NCBI RefSeq assembly: GCF_009914755.1
Contig: NC_060946.1
Origin: the human T2T-CHM13v2.0 reference genome, Homo sapiens
Direction: 5' to 3' (one strand)
DNA length: 64,000 bases
Of this stretch, positions 1 through 13,548 are shown piece after piece (position 1 is the first letter of the stretch; every line of letters begins with the position of its first letter). The notes below the pieces were generated by a model. It saw nothing but the letters and a program-made list of their open reading frames with translations, made no database searches and was not told the origin of the DNA. The position numbers were made by a program, and so were the translations under genes.

Positions 1-275
1 TCTTGGTGTAGCTTATTTTTTTATTCATTAACTTCTTTTCCTTATGAATTAAAAAATAGCATTTTTTTTTCCACAAAGGAGTGCTTTATTTACTTCTTTT
101 TGTACCACAGCCAGCGCTTCCTCTGCCTGCTGGGGAAAGTGGATGCACACACCCACTTTGGCAGGCAGTTTTCTTTCAAGCCATGGCATCTTGGAGAGGT
201 AAGTGTGTGTGTTCAGACCACTGCCCTGTGGCTCCAGCCCCCCTGATATCAGCCACAGCCCCAAGGCTTGGGTGT

Positions 276-594
276 TGTTTGTTTGTTTTTTCATTTTTTT
301 TGAGACAAGGTCTCACTCTGTTGCCCAGGCTGGAGTGCAGTGGCACCATCACGGCTCACTGCATGCAGCCTCAAACTCCCAGGCTCAAGTGAGCCTCTGG
401 CCTCAGCCTCCTGAGTAGCTGAGACTACAGACTCATGCCACCACAGCCAGTTTTTTTTTTTTAATTTTTAATTTTTATAGAAACGGGGTCTCACATTCTT
501 GCCCAGACTGGTCTCAAACTCTTGGCCTCAAGTCATCCTCCCACCTTGGCCCCCGAAAGTGCTACAATGATAGGCGTGAGCCACCAGGCCTGCC
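276..594 (-). mobile_element. Alu SINE (old, AluJ-like), full dimer, reverse orientation
   Basis: T-rich tail, then GAGACAAGGTCTCACTCTGTTGCCCAGGCTGGAGTGCAGTGG...AAAGTGCT...GCGTGAGCCACC, with an internal T-run linker at ~451-470. Confidence 0.93.
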
Positions 595-1486
595 TGGTTG
601 GCTTTTTGGTGAACAGGAGCATAATAAGGGTTTCACTGGGCTGTCAGCCTCCATTGTGGTGGCCAGTATCTCAAAGCCTCACCTGGCAGAACTGGAGACG
701 CGTCTGCTGACCGATGCCCTCATGACCCATTTTCCTGACTTCAGAAATGTCCCATGCAGACACTATGCCATCCAGCAGGCCTCCCAGCTAGACAGGGTGC
801 AGCCTCGATGTGTCTGTGGAGGGACTCGGGCTGTCCCTGCACTCACAGTCATGGTGACCAAAGTCCCAGAGTAAGGGAGCAGATGCCGCTTCCCCCTTCC
901 AGCCCAGGCATTTTACATGAGGCGCTGACCCAGGACCACCCTTGACTTCACTCTTCCAAGGAGTGGCTCCCAGTCCTATATATTCCATCAGCCTCCAGGC
1001 TGGCTGTCCCTTAAACACTGGTCTCCAATCTAACTGCATTTCTGTAAGTAATCTTTTGGGACAGACTTTTTTAAAAAAGATCATGTTTATGCCGTATTCC
1101 TCATCTTTCTTGTCTTCTATCTCCAGATTTGTTTTAAAACCTATTACTCCTGTATACATGTGCCTCCCACCCTTTGAGCTATGCCCTTGACCTGCTATGC
1201 ACTTGTCTCAAGGCCAAGTTCAAACCCCCTAACCCAAGGCTGTCCAGAGCTGCCCTGCCACCTGAGCCATGGGGAGGGGCGCTGAGCTGGTGCCTTTCAC
1301 AGGCTGCCTGCCTCCCCCTGGGCAGGGCTCCTGTCTCTCCTCCTTTGTCTCCACAAGCACAGGCTTGCATGGGTCAGCACGTGGTGAACAGCCAACCATC
1401 ATTTTCCAATTCTTTCCAAAAAGTCCTGTCTATGCTCAGAAGTCCTGCCTGGCCCTTTGAGTGCCCCTACCCCCACACACACATTC

Positions 1487-1733
1487 TTTTTTTTTTTTTT
1501 TTTTTTTTTTTTTGAGACGGAGTCTGGCTCTTTGGCTCAGGCTGGAGTGGAGTGCAGTGGTGCGATCTCGGCTCACTGCAACCTCCGCCTTCTGAGTTCA
1601 AGTGATTCTCCTGCCTCAGTCTCCTGAATAGCTGGGACTACAGGCATGTGCCACCATGCCTAGCTAATTTTTTGTATTTTTAATAGACGGGGTTTCACCG
1701 TGTTAGCCAGGATGGTCTTGATCTCCTGACCTC
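1487..1733 (-). mobile_element. Alu SINE (AluS/Y-like), 5'-truncated
   Basis: poly-T, then GAGACGGAGTCT...GGGTTTCACCGTGTTAGCCAGGATGGTCTTGATCTCCTGACCTC. Confidence 0.93.
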
Positions 1734-1739
1734 AACACA

Positions 1740-2010
1740 CATTTCTTTATCGAAATTCCAAATTCTCCAAAGCTCAGAAACATAAAGGTTTTTCAAAACT
1801 CAGTGGCAAAGCTGGACCTGAACGATGCGCCATCACTTACTGTCTTTATTTCTTCCAGTTCACCTGAATACATATGTTTTGCCCCGAAAATATAAATGGG
1901 TCTGATTATGAGGAGCAGCCCCAGGTTCCAAAGAGGTGCCACATAATGTATGATGTATACAAAAAAGCCTGAGTTCCAAACACATCTTGGATGAGAGGTT
2001 GGGACTGTGG
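1740..2010. mobile_element. Possible degenerate TcMar-Tigger (MER46/Tigger4-like) DNA transposon remnant
   Basis: AT-rich block ending CTGAGTTCCAAACACATCTTGGATGAGAGGTTGGGACTGTG resembles recalled Tigger-family termini; not aligned to a consensus. Confidence 0.35.
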
Positions 2011-2849
2011 GGGATCCCTACACTGGTTAGAGTTCTAGACCCAGAGCAGGGTTATGGTCAACGGCGCTCTGGCCACAGAATGCAGCAGAGCAAGGACTGT
2101 GGAACAAAGACGCGGCTTACATGAATTTTTCACTTACCGTGCTGGGTGCTGGTGATTCAGAGATGGAAAGGCCCTAGCGACACCCCCCTCCACCCAGGGA
2201 GCCCACGGGCCAGCAGAGGGACCAAGGGGCACAGGACGGGTGGGGAGCAGAGGCGGATTCCCTGGCTGTGGAGGTACTGTCTATACGGGGTGCAGGAGAC
2301 ATCTCCATACAAGGGGGCCCTCACCTGGGGAGGTGGTGACCGCAAGCCTGACAGCCCCAAAGCCTTCAGAGATGCCGCCTGGGGACACTTTGGGAAAGTC
2401 CAGGCGGAGGACACCTGGGAATGTGATAGTGACACAAATGACCGGAGAGACTTGCTCTCAGTCACTGAGTCTGGCTGACTCACTGAAGATTAGGGCCTGA
2501 ACTTCCCCCTCTGTAAATGGGGTGCAGGCCCTGGCCCTGCCTTCACAGTGCCCCTCGGTCCCCTACAAGCCTTCTCCGCAGGGTGGGATCGGGTCTGCCT
2601 GGAGCATCCCCACAGCCTATGGGTCAGCAGAGAAGCAGGCGCAGAGCTGGGGTGAGACGGTCAGGGCCGGTCCTGCCAGACACCTCAGATCACTCCTCTT
2701 CACAAATAATCCCATTTTACAGCCCAGGAAGAGAGAGGCCGGACCACTGCCCAAAAGCCTGTGGCCTACAGCCTGCCAGGTGCGTCTGCTCGCAGAGCAG
2801 GTCTGCGCAGCACCGAGCGGTCAGCAGGGGCAATGCTGGGCACTGGCCA

Positions 2850-3800
2850 GCCGCGCCAGGACCATCCCTGCTGACCTCGGCGGGGTGGGGCGGAGCGTGC
2901 AGGGTCTGGCCCGGAAAGCCAGGGCAGGCTTTAGAGAAGGGCCACCGGACGGATGGTCCGAGGACCGGCATGGACCCGGGTCCCAGCGAGGGCGGGGGGA
3001 GCGTAAGGCTGGGCCTGGGCTGCGGCACCGGGGAGGTGGCGGGGAGGAGGCCGGCAGGAACAGCCGTGCAGGGCGGGGGCGGCGCGGGTCTGGTCGGGTG
3101 ACCCCGGGCGCGGCCAGGGCTGTAGGAGGCGAGGGCGTCGCCCCGAGGCCGCGGGCTCGGGTCCATGGTGGGGGGCCTGGGTCCCCGCCCCCCCGGGCCG
3201 CGCTGGGTCGCGCGTGGGCGCGGCGGGCGCCGATTGGCTGCCGGGCGCGCGGGCGGAGCGGGCGGCGGCGGCGGCGGCGCGGAGGGGCCGCTCACCCCGC
3301 AGCCCGGCCTCGGCCTCCGCCGCTTGTCGTCGCGCCCCGCCCGCGAGCCCGCCCCGCACGTCCCCCGCCGGCGGCCACCATGAGCACAGGCCTGCGGTAC
3401 AAGAGCAAGCTGGCGACCCCAGGTGAGCCCAGCGCCTGCCCGCGTGCCCGCGCGCGCCTTTGTCCCCGCCGCCCGCGCGCCTCTCACCGTGTCTCTCCGT
3501 CTCTCCCCCGCCCGCCGGCCCGGACCCGCTCGGAACCGGACCCGGACTCGACCCCGACCCCGACCCCGCAGAGGACAAGCAGGTACGTGCGCAGCGCCGC
3601 TCCCCCGCCGGGAGACCCGGCCGGCTGTCACCCATTGTGACACTAGCGCCTTGGGCGCCCAGGCGCGACCCCGCCCCCGCCGGCCCTCACCCAGCCCTGT
3701 CGCGATCACCGATTGTCAGCCGGGCAGTGCCGCCGCGCCTGGGGCTTCAGAGGAGAGGAGTGGGGGCCCTGGTCCCCGGACCCGCACAGCAGGGACCCTG
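2850..3800 (+). promoter_or_regulatory. SEPTIN5: CpG island / SEPTIN5 main promoter
   Basis: Very high CpG density, GC boxes, inverted CCAAT (ATTGG 3233-3237), short (GGC)n run ~3261-3278, strong Kozak GCCACCATG at 3374-3382. Confidence 0.88.
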
Positions 3801-6800
3801 CGCCCCTCCCCAGGATGGGGGGATGGGCAGAGTGTCCCCCTCCCACAGGGCCAGTGCCAGCATCTCCTGCTGACCTGGCCTGTAGGCCATGAGCTGGGGG
3901 TCCTGGGTGAGGCCATGGTCGTGGCAGGCCACGCTGGGGGAGGGGAGTCAGGCTCCATCAGCCAGCACAGTCCCTGAACAGCCCTACAGCAGAGGGCCTG
4001 TGGTCACCACCCACCTCCCCTGCACCTTCATGCCCCTTTCCCTCCCCATACACAAATTTGAGTGTTCAGGTCTGCAACAGGGACTCTTCCCCAGATTGGG
4101 AACCCCCAGGGTCTGGTCTGAGTCATTCTGGGTGCCCAGATGGGTCCTGGGACCCTGTGGGTACAAATAGGCTTGTGGCTTCTCAAAAGGGTTGGCCCCA
4201 CCCTCCAGGAAAGCAAGACTGGACAGGAGGCTGGTCTAGGCACCTGGGTGAAACCCAGCCGAGCTCAGGGTTAAACAATGCTGTGAGGCCCCTGGGGTGG
4301 GGCGGGGGCTGACAACCAGGTGGGCTGGGGGGGCTGGGGAAAGCCTGCTGGTGTCCTCTCTGGCTTGAGCTCAGCCATCTTTGGAGGAAAAAAGAAGAGC
4401 CCAATTCTGGCACCAGGGTGGCACTGGCAGCCCCCATCAGGGATGGAGTTTCTCAGGAGCCATGGATGCTGAGTGGAACTCCAGAGTCCTGGCCCAGGGT
4501 GCAGCAGGCAGGGCAGGAGGGCGGGCAGGGGGGCCAGGAGCTGGGGGAGTCACTGGCTGACCAGTGCCATTCTCCTGGAAGGGACACACCCCACCCAGAG
4601 GTGGATGAGGCTCTCTGGGAGGGGCCCCTTGGGGAGCCAGGCTGGGAGCTGCCTCCCCATCACAGCAGGTCAGACAAAGCCTGAGATGCAGGGACACATG
4701 CGTCAGGCTACTGTTTGAGGGAAATGGAAGGAACTGAGGCTGGGAAAGCCAGGAGGCCAGGCCCCTGAGGCTTCTCCTGTGCCTGCAGGTGTCCCCAGCT
4801 TGACCCAAGGGCACTCTGAGACCCTGGGCTCCAGCCACTGCTGTTGGGTGCAGCCAGGTTCTCTTGCCCATTACTGCAGGGTGGGGACCCCCTCCTGCTG
4901 AGGTGCCCATCGTTTGAGGTCAACCGGGAGTCCACCTCACCCCATCCCAGGCCTCCCAGGCCTCCAAGCCCAGAGGAAGAAGGCACTGTGTGGCCAAGGA
5001 AGGGAGCCCCGGAGCAGGAGCCAGGCCAGGTGTCTGGGTGACCAGTGGGTCTGGGGGAGCTGGAAGCACATGGCAGCTTCCCTGCTACCACCGTTGCTGA
5101 GCCTCAGCCTGTCCAAGCATTCTTTTTGCTCTTTGAAAGGGGGCTGTAGAGGCATTGGGGGAGTTCCGTCACTACGCTCTGTGCCCCCACCTCCTCACAG
5201 GCAGCACCGGTGATCTCTTGGCCCTGGCTGCTGCTCCCAGAGCTGACTCGGGTGATTCTAAGAATGGAAGTGCCAGAGAGGCTCAGGCATTGGGAGGAGA
5301 TGGGCGCAGCTGTGTCATATGGCTCAGGAAGCCCTGGGAGTATCTTTTGTCACTTGGGGACCAGAGAAAGGGGGTGGCAGGTACGGCCCCTTCCTTGAGG
5401 CTCCCCCAGGGAATCCACAGGCCCTGACTGGGCCCCAGTGGGTGGCAGGGCAGGTGGGTTGAACGCTGAGAGTGAGATTCTTGCCCTCCTGACCTGGGCC
5501 TCCCCAGAGGCTGTGCCTTACCAATGGGGAAACTGAGGCAGGCAGTCTGAGAGCCACACACTCTGTTAGACACCTCCTAGCCTGAGGCCTAGGCCCAGGG
5601 CTGTCTGTCTTCCTGGAGATGCCCTGGGCCTGAGATGCCAGCCTGTCTGGGTGGGTGCTGGGCTTCGAGGTGTGGACCCTCAGTTGGAAACTGGGTGGGA
5701 CTCAGCCTAGAGGCTTCCTGCAGGTCAGGGCCATGGAAGGCTGGGGCCAGTGAGGAGGCTTTCTGGCAGCAAGGACTGAGGGATGCACTGGTAGAGCTGG
5801 GGGGCCTGGAGCTGCCCCCTTTCCCTGGGATGAAAGGCTCTCCTGTTCCCAGCTGTGGGCCTGCCCCTCCTCCCCAGGTGCCAGTGGTCCAGGCCCCACA
5901 ACAGGACCAGGGCCTGGACAGGAAGTGGAGGAGGTCTCTCAGCCAGGAGAGCCTAAGGGAGGGCTGGTGGCGGGTGGGGTGGGGTGGGGTTGGGGCCTCC
6001 AGCTTCTAATGTTCTAATGTGCAGGGGCTTGGCCTGACCAGTCCTACCCTGGAACCTTTCCAGGCCCCATGTCCTGCTCCGCTGGGCTTGCCTGTTGGGA
6101 TTCTACTGGGGTCATGGAGGTGGGTGGCCCACAGAGCGGAGCTCGGGAGACCCCCGCAGTCCCTGGAGTAGCCACATGGGAGGGAGGCCCGGCTGGCAGG
6201 AGCTCCCAGTCCCTCCAATCCTGTGGGTCAGAGCTGGTGAGGATGCTCAGAGGGCAAGGGAATGTCCACAGAAGCACGTGGGAGATGGGTCCCATCCCAC
6301 CCCCACCCCTGTCTCTGAGGGCAGGGCCACCTGAGGGCTGCAGGGCAGCGCATGGGTGGCCGGCGTTTATTCAGCAGGCTGGCGGGGGCTTCCAAGTTTT
6401 GCAGGGACCTCCAGTACTCCGGCAGCCTGCACCCTTCCTTTCCCTTCCCTTCCCTTCTGTCCACCCTAAGCCTCCTAGGGGACAGGCAGGCTGGACTTCA
6501 GAAAAGGTGGGCTCTGCCCTCCTCCGGTCCCCCGAATGTCTTGGGAAAGAGTCCACCAAACACACATGCACACACCCGCGCACACGCACATACCCAATGC
6601 ATGCACACACGTACACACACACGCATACACGCATGTATACACGCGCACACACGCAGGCATTACACACACACACATTACACACACACACCCGCACGGACGC
6701 GCACACACAAACGCGCGCACGCACGCACGCACGCACGGGGGAGGTCAGCCCCAAGCAGGGCTGGGGAGGGGTGCAGGGCGCGGCGTGTCTGTGGGCACTT

Positions 6801-9800
6801 GGGGCGTCGAGACGCCGCCGGGAGGTTTTCGGGCAAGTCTGCGAGAAGACGGCGGGCCCTGAACTGGGCGGGTACCCGCGCTGTTGCGCGTGGGTCCCGG
6901 GAGCGGCCTCCGGCGCCCTCTGGCGGGCGGAAGCCGCGCAGCACCTCTTGGGGGCGGGACGCGCGGTGGCTACCGACTCCCGGCCCGCCCCGGCCCGCGT
7001 GCAGGACCCGGTCGTCCCCTCCTGCTGTCCTGGAGCCCGGACTGAGGCCCCGGGGGCGCGGCAGGGCTCCCGGTCCACGCGAGCCATGGCCCGACCGCGC
7101 CTCGGCTCAGCCCTGCCCTCCGCAGCCGCTTTCGGGTGGCTCCGCCCGCGGCCCAATTTCCAGGCGACCGTTTCCCGGCGACGGCGGGCGGGGCCGTCTC
7201 TGCCGCCCCCCGCCGCGCGCTCCGCGGGCGCCTGCGACGCCCCGCCTCTGGCTCGGGTGCGGGAGCGGGGCCTGCCCGGACTGCGACGCCGCCACAGCTT
7301 GGGGCCAGTTCGCCCAGTCAGGGGGATGGCTCGGTCGGCCTCGGGGGTCGACGATCCCCCGGGTAGGCGACGTGCCCTGTCCAGGCCTCACTTCCCGCGT
7401 CCGCAAAACGGGGTGGACAACGCAGCCTAAGGCAGAGCCGCGCCAAGGTCCCTCGCTGTCGCCGGGCTCTGGCGGCCTGACCGGGCCTGGGGTCCGAGCG
7501 TGCCCCCGGGCCTGGGGGGGTCGCCGCGATGGACTCGCTGGCAGCGCCCCAGGACCGCCTGGTGGAGCAGCTGCTGTCGCCGCGGACCCAGGCCCAGAGG
7601 CGGCTCAAGGTGCGTGTGTGGAGAGGGCGGAACGTGGGTCTGTGACCCCGCGGGCTCCGGGACTCGGCATGGGGTCCCCGTCCCCGCGCGCCACGGCCCG
7701 CCAGCGCCTAGGCTCAGCCCTTCCCTCCGCAGCGGCCTCGCAGGTCCGCGGCCCCACGGTGGGGCGACGTGCCCTGTCCAGGCCTCACCTCACGCGACTC
7801 CAAAACGCGGCGGAGAATGCGGCCGTGGGACCCCTCCAGGGGCCCCAAGGGTCTGCGGGGGCTGGGCGCCTGGGCGCGCGGGCGGGGGAGGCTCGGCGCC
7901 GCGGTCTATAAATAGGCGCTGCTCCGCCACCGCCGCTGCCGCCGCCCCCGCGGCTGGATCCGGGCCAGGTGGGGCCTCCCGCCCCCTGGCACTCTCCGGA
8001 GGGGTGAGTGTCGAGGCCCCCAGCTTCTCCGGCTTATGGAGGGCCTTGAGTGTGTCCCAGGGGTCCCAATCCTGCTGCCCTCTGCCCGAGGAGGGAGGAC
8101 ATCGCCTGTGCCTGCTGCGGCCTGACATCTCCCCACGGAATAAATACAGTGTCGGTCCCTGCAGAGCCCTCCCTGGGATTGGGGCCAGGGGTGCCTTCTC
8201 CTGCCACCACCTCGCCTGCCTTCTTATCTCCAGGCTTTTGCCCACGGGCCCTCCCCTTATTTTTGCCAACGAAATGCCCCACCCTGGGAACCGTACCCTC
8301 TGCTGTCTCCTCATACCGCATTTGGTAAGAGACAGGGTATTGGGCTTCTGGAGAAACCTTTGTGTCCCTACCCTGTTCCATCCTGTCCCCAGGACATTGA
8401 CAAGCAGTACGTGGGCTTCGCCACACTGCCCAACCAGGTGCACCGCAAGTCGGTGAAGAAAGGCTTTGACTTCACACTCATGGTGGCTGGTGAGTGGGCC
8501 AGGCTCCTCGGGGGAGTGGCTGGGGTCACTGGCCAGCCAAGCTCTGTCGTTGGAGCCCCAGACCTAACGCAGCTCCTTCTCTGTACCTGTGTGCAGGTGA
8601 GTCAGGCCTGGGGAAGTCCACACTGGTCCACAGCCTCTTCCTGACAGACTTGTACAAGGACCGGAAGCTGCTCAGTGCTGAGGGTGAGTGGCCCCCAGGA
8701 GGCCCTGGCACTGATCCCCAGTCCCCTTCCATGGGACCTCTCCAAGGACTCCCTTTCAGGTCCAGCTCCCACTGTTCTGTTCTCGCGGTGTGGGTCCCCT
8801 GGGGGTAGGGCCAAGGCACCAAGATGGATGAGGACGAGGGTCCTGGCTGCCAAGGGTGAGGGGCTGAGGGTTGGAGAGGCCCTTCCAGTGGCCCCTTCCC
8901 CGTAGAGCGCATCAGCCAGACGGTAGAGATTCTAAAACACACGGTGGACATTGAGGAGAAGGGAGTCAAGCTGAAGCTCACCATCGTGGACACGCCGGGA
9001 TTCGGGGACGCTGTCAACAACACCGAGTGGTGAGTGAGGCCTGCTGAGAAAGGCCTTGCCTAGGCGGCCACAGCACTCGAGGCCTGGCCTCACCTCCCTC
9101 CTGCCCACAGCTGGAAGCCCATCACCGACTATGTGGACCAGCAGTTTGAGCAGTACTTCCGTGATGAGAGCGGCCTCAACCGAAAGAACATCCAAGACAA
9201 CCGAGTGCACTGCTGCCTATACTTCATCTCCCCCTTCGGGCATGGGTGTGTGGCTGTCCTGGGGCCAGGCTCGGGAGTGCAGCCCCTACAATATGGCCCC
9301 CTGGCTGTGCCTATGCCCACCCTTGGCTGCTCTCGGCAGGCTGCGGCCAGTGGATGTGGGTTTCATGAAGGCATTGCATGAGAAGGTCAACATCGTGCCT
9401 CTCATCGCCAAAGCTGACTGTCTTGTCCCCAGTGAGATCCGGAAGCTGAAGGAGCGGGTGAGCCTGCCGTCGCACAGGGGCCTGGCCAGGGCCCTGGGGC
9501 TGAGAGTACCAGGGGGACTTGTCTGGCCTCAAATCTGATGGTCCTTGCCCCACCACAGATCCGGGAGGAGATTGACAAGTTTGGGATCCATGTATACCAG
9601 TTCCCTGAGTGTGACTCGGACGAGGATGAGGACTTCAAGCAGCAGGACCGGGAACTGAAGGTGAACATGCAGACTGGTGGGGCAGGGGGGATGGAGCTGG
9701 TGAGGGGCAGAACCAGAGGGCTTTGTCTCCTTCACATTGAGCCTGCTGGAGGAGGGCCAGGTCAGCCCAGTTGGGTGCAAGAGTCATTTGTTCTAGGAGT

Positions 9801-11275
9801 AGAGGACCTGTACCCCCTTCATCCAGGGCTAGAAGGTAAAGGTCACCATGTCTTTGCCTGGCTGGGGTGGGTCATGTGGGCCCCGTGTGGTGCTTGGCAG
9901 GTATGGAGCACTTGCCCAGATCCAGAGGTGCAGCAGTGGGCCAGGCCCCCAACCCCAACCCTCTTCCCATGGGTCACCAGAGGAAGGGGCTGCCCCAGTG
10001 GCACACCCTGGCTCCCAGATTTCTGAGCTCCAGGGTTGGTGGCTTTGGGTGCCCCGGCAGCTAGAGTGATGATGGAGACCATGCCAGGGGCAGGTGGCCA
10101 CCAGGGCAGGGGCATCAGCATGGGGAGACATAGGCTCAGCCCTGGGGAGGGAAGGGGCAGCTGGAGGGGGTGGTTCTTGATGAGGGAGGAGATGAGGAGG
10201 GAGCATGCCTGGTTGGGCATAGCCTGGAAAGGCCCTGGAATGTGAGCCACATGGGCTCTGGCTCCAGCCAGGGGCAGAGAGGCCAGAAAGGGGCAACGCC
10301 AGGATCTCTTTGAGGAGAGATAGTTGATGGTGATGCTGGAGGGGTGCCCCGGGAGTTACATGCCCGTTTCCCATCAGTAACCGTGCAATTACGCTCACCG
10401 GGTGTGAGCCTTTCTCCCTCCTTCCCCCAGGAGAGCGCGCCCTTCGCCGTTATAGGCAGCAACACGGTGGTGGAGGCCAAGGGGCAGCGGGTCCGGGGCC
10501 GACTGTACCCCTGGGGGATCGTGGAGGGTGAGTAGAGTCTTGGGGTACCAGGTCTGGTGGGGGAAGGCTGTCCTGGGCCGGCGCCAGCCCACTACCCACC
10601 CCCACCCCGCAGTGGAGAACCAGGCGCATTGCGACTTCGTGAAGCTGCGCAACATGCTCATCCGCACGCATATGCACGACCTCAAGGACGTGACGTGCGA
10701 CGTGCACTACGAGAACTACCGCGCGCACTGCATCCAGCAGATGACCAGGTGCGCGCCCCAGCCGCGAGCCAGACCTCGCCCCTCTGGCCCCGCCCACGTC
10801 TCCATAACTGAGGGCCGGTCCTGTCAGCCCACCCAGACTTGAACTTTGCACCATTCCCTAAGCCCCCCCCCTCCCCCAGAGCCTGGTCTCCCTAGAACCA
10901 AGTCCAGGGCTGTGAGGGCTCCGGAGGGCAGGGCCTCAGCAGTGGCGGGGATGGGCCAGGCATCGCCAGCCCACGCTGAGCCTCCCGGTGGCGCCGCCCC
11001 GCCCATCCTCCCCCCCGCCCCGCGCAGCAAACTGACCCAGGACAGCCGCATGGAGAGCCCCATCCCGATCCTGCCGCTGCCCACCCCGGACGCCGAGACT
11101 GAGAAGCTTATCAGGATGAAGGATGAGGAAGTATGTGGGGCGGCGGGGGCGGCGGAGGCGGGCGTCAGGGATGCTCCTCCGCGGTGCTGCTCACCCGCCG
11201 GGTTGTCTCCGCCCGCAGCTGAGGCGCATGCAGGAGATGCTGCAGAGGATGAAGCAGCAGATGCAGGACCAGTGA
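3380..11275 (+). CDS. SEPTIN5: Septin-5 (CDCrel-1/PNUTL1), 369 aa, 12 coding exons
   Basis: Exons 3380-3422, 3572-3582, 8393-8489, 8597-8683, 8906-9029, 9111-9245, 9340-9457, 9559-9660, 10431-10527, 10613-10748, 11028-11130, 11219-11275, all GT-AG; sum 1110 nt = 369 aa + [30 protein letters not shown]..., P-loop [10 protein letters not shown]3 DTPG, G4 AKAD, septin unique element GRLYPWG, C-terminal coiled coil. Confidence 0.98.
6559..6736. repeat. Compound (CA)n/(CACG)n alternating purine-pyrimidine microsatellite
   Basis: ACACACATGCACACACCCGCGCACACGCAC...GCACGCACGCACGCACG. Confidence 0.9.
6740..8050 (+). promoter_or_regulatory. SEPTIN5: Intragenic CpG island, alternative SEPTIN5 promoter(s)
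   Basis: CpG-dense, contains an alternative coding first exon and a TATA/MEF2-like CTATAAATAG at 7906-7915. Confidence 0.82.
7529..7609 (+). CDS. SEPTIN5: SEPTIN5 alternative first coding exon ([27 protein letters not shown])
   Basis: GCCGCGATGG Kozak, 81 nt, donor AAG|GTGCGT; phase 0 joins in frame to the exon at 8393 (DIDKQY...). Confidence 0.88.
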
Positions 11276-12085
11276 CGCTCGCCGCGGACACACCGTCCGT
11301 CTCCGGGACGCCCTCGCACCCCTGGACACCAGACCGGACTGTTCCCGACCCGGAGACGCGGGGCCACAGCCCCCAGCTGACCCTAATTTATTCTCAGCAC
11401 CACCCCCTCCCAGGTCATTGTGTCTGTTTCCGAGGGGCCTGGACCGTAGCCCCCGCCCAGCTGGCCCTCTCTGACCTTGGGGGATCAGGAGCGAAGTTGG
11501 GCGGGACTTCAGAGATCCGCCTCCCTTGCCCTTCCCCCGCCCCCGGACGGTCACAGCACCCAAACCGCAGGCCCTGCTCTGGCAGGCAGGCAAAGCTAGG
11601 CAGAAGAGGATTCCCAGGATCCTGGGTCTGTTCCCTGCCCCAGTGCTGCAGAACGGACTTGGGAGCCCTCCTTTGCCTGCTCCCGCGGGTCACCCAGCGA
11701 GTGCTGAGACCCCATTTTCTGTCGAGGCGGGCCGAGTCTTCCCTTATCCCCAGACGCCTAGCGGGCAGGGTTGGGCTGAATCAAATGGGAGCCCTCCAGA
11801 CATAAGGAGGCCAGAGGCTGCAAGGAGCGGGGTCGTGACCGCTTACACCCCTTCTCCACAGCCCGGCCCGACCTGGAGGGCCCCCGGGGCACTGGGCGGT
11901 GAGCCACCTCCTGGCAACTCTCGGTGCCGTCCCCTGCCCTCGCTCGAGGCCTCTTCTCCCCAGCACCGCTGTGGTGTGCCGGGATCCTGAGCCTAGGCCT
12001 CCCGATGTTCCCACCCGCATGATCCCTTCCCGCCACACGATGCTCCGTTTTCTTCCGTTGTGAATGCCGCGTCCTGTCCTGGTGA

Positions 12086-13255
<1,170 letters not shown>

Positions 13256-13542
13256 GGAGAGAACCGGTGCGTCCTGAGGAGAGAACCGGCGCTGGGCAAC
13301 ACGGGCCTGCAAACTCGACAGGACCCTGCCCGAGGGGCCCTCGCGCCAACCTGGACCGGTCTCCGCCTCCTCCGCTGCCCAATCTCTCAGACCCACCCCA
13401 CCTGCAGGCCCAGACCACGTGGGACAGAACTCCTGCCCACCCTACCCCGAGGGAGGCGAACCCGCACTTCCAGGCTTGGGAGGACCATGGGGCACAATGC
13501 GGTCCAGACCCTGCTGCGTCTCCCTTCCAAACTCTGGTGCTG

Positions 13543-13548
13543 AATAAA
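13543..13548 (+). terminator. GP1BB: Canonical poly(A) signal of GP1BB (and read-through RNA)
   Basis: AATAAA ~290 nt after the stop, followed by a T/GT-rich segment. Confidence 0.88.

Noticed and set aside
2517-3977. Multiple overlapping 180-370-aa ORFs on both strands
   Set aside because: CpG-island artefacts; only 3380-3422 and 3572-3582 are coding
6069-7911. 453-aa and 519-aa ORFs
   Set aside because: They run through a CA microsatellite and a CpG island; stop depletion is explained by GC content
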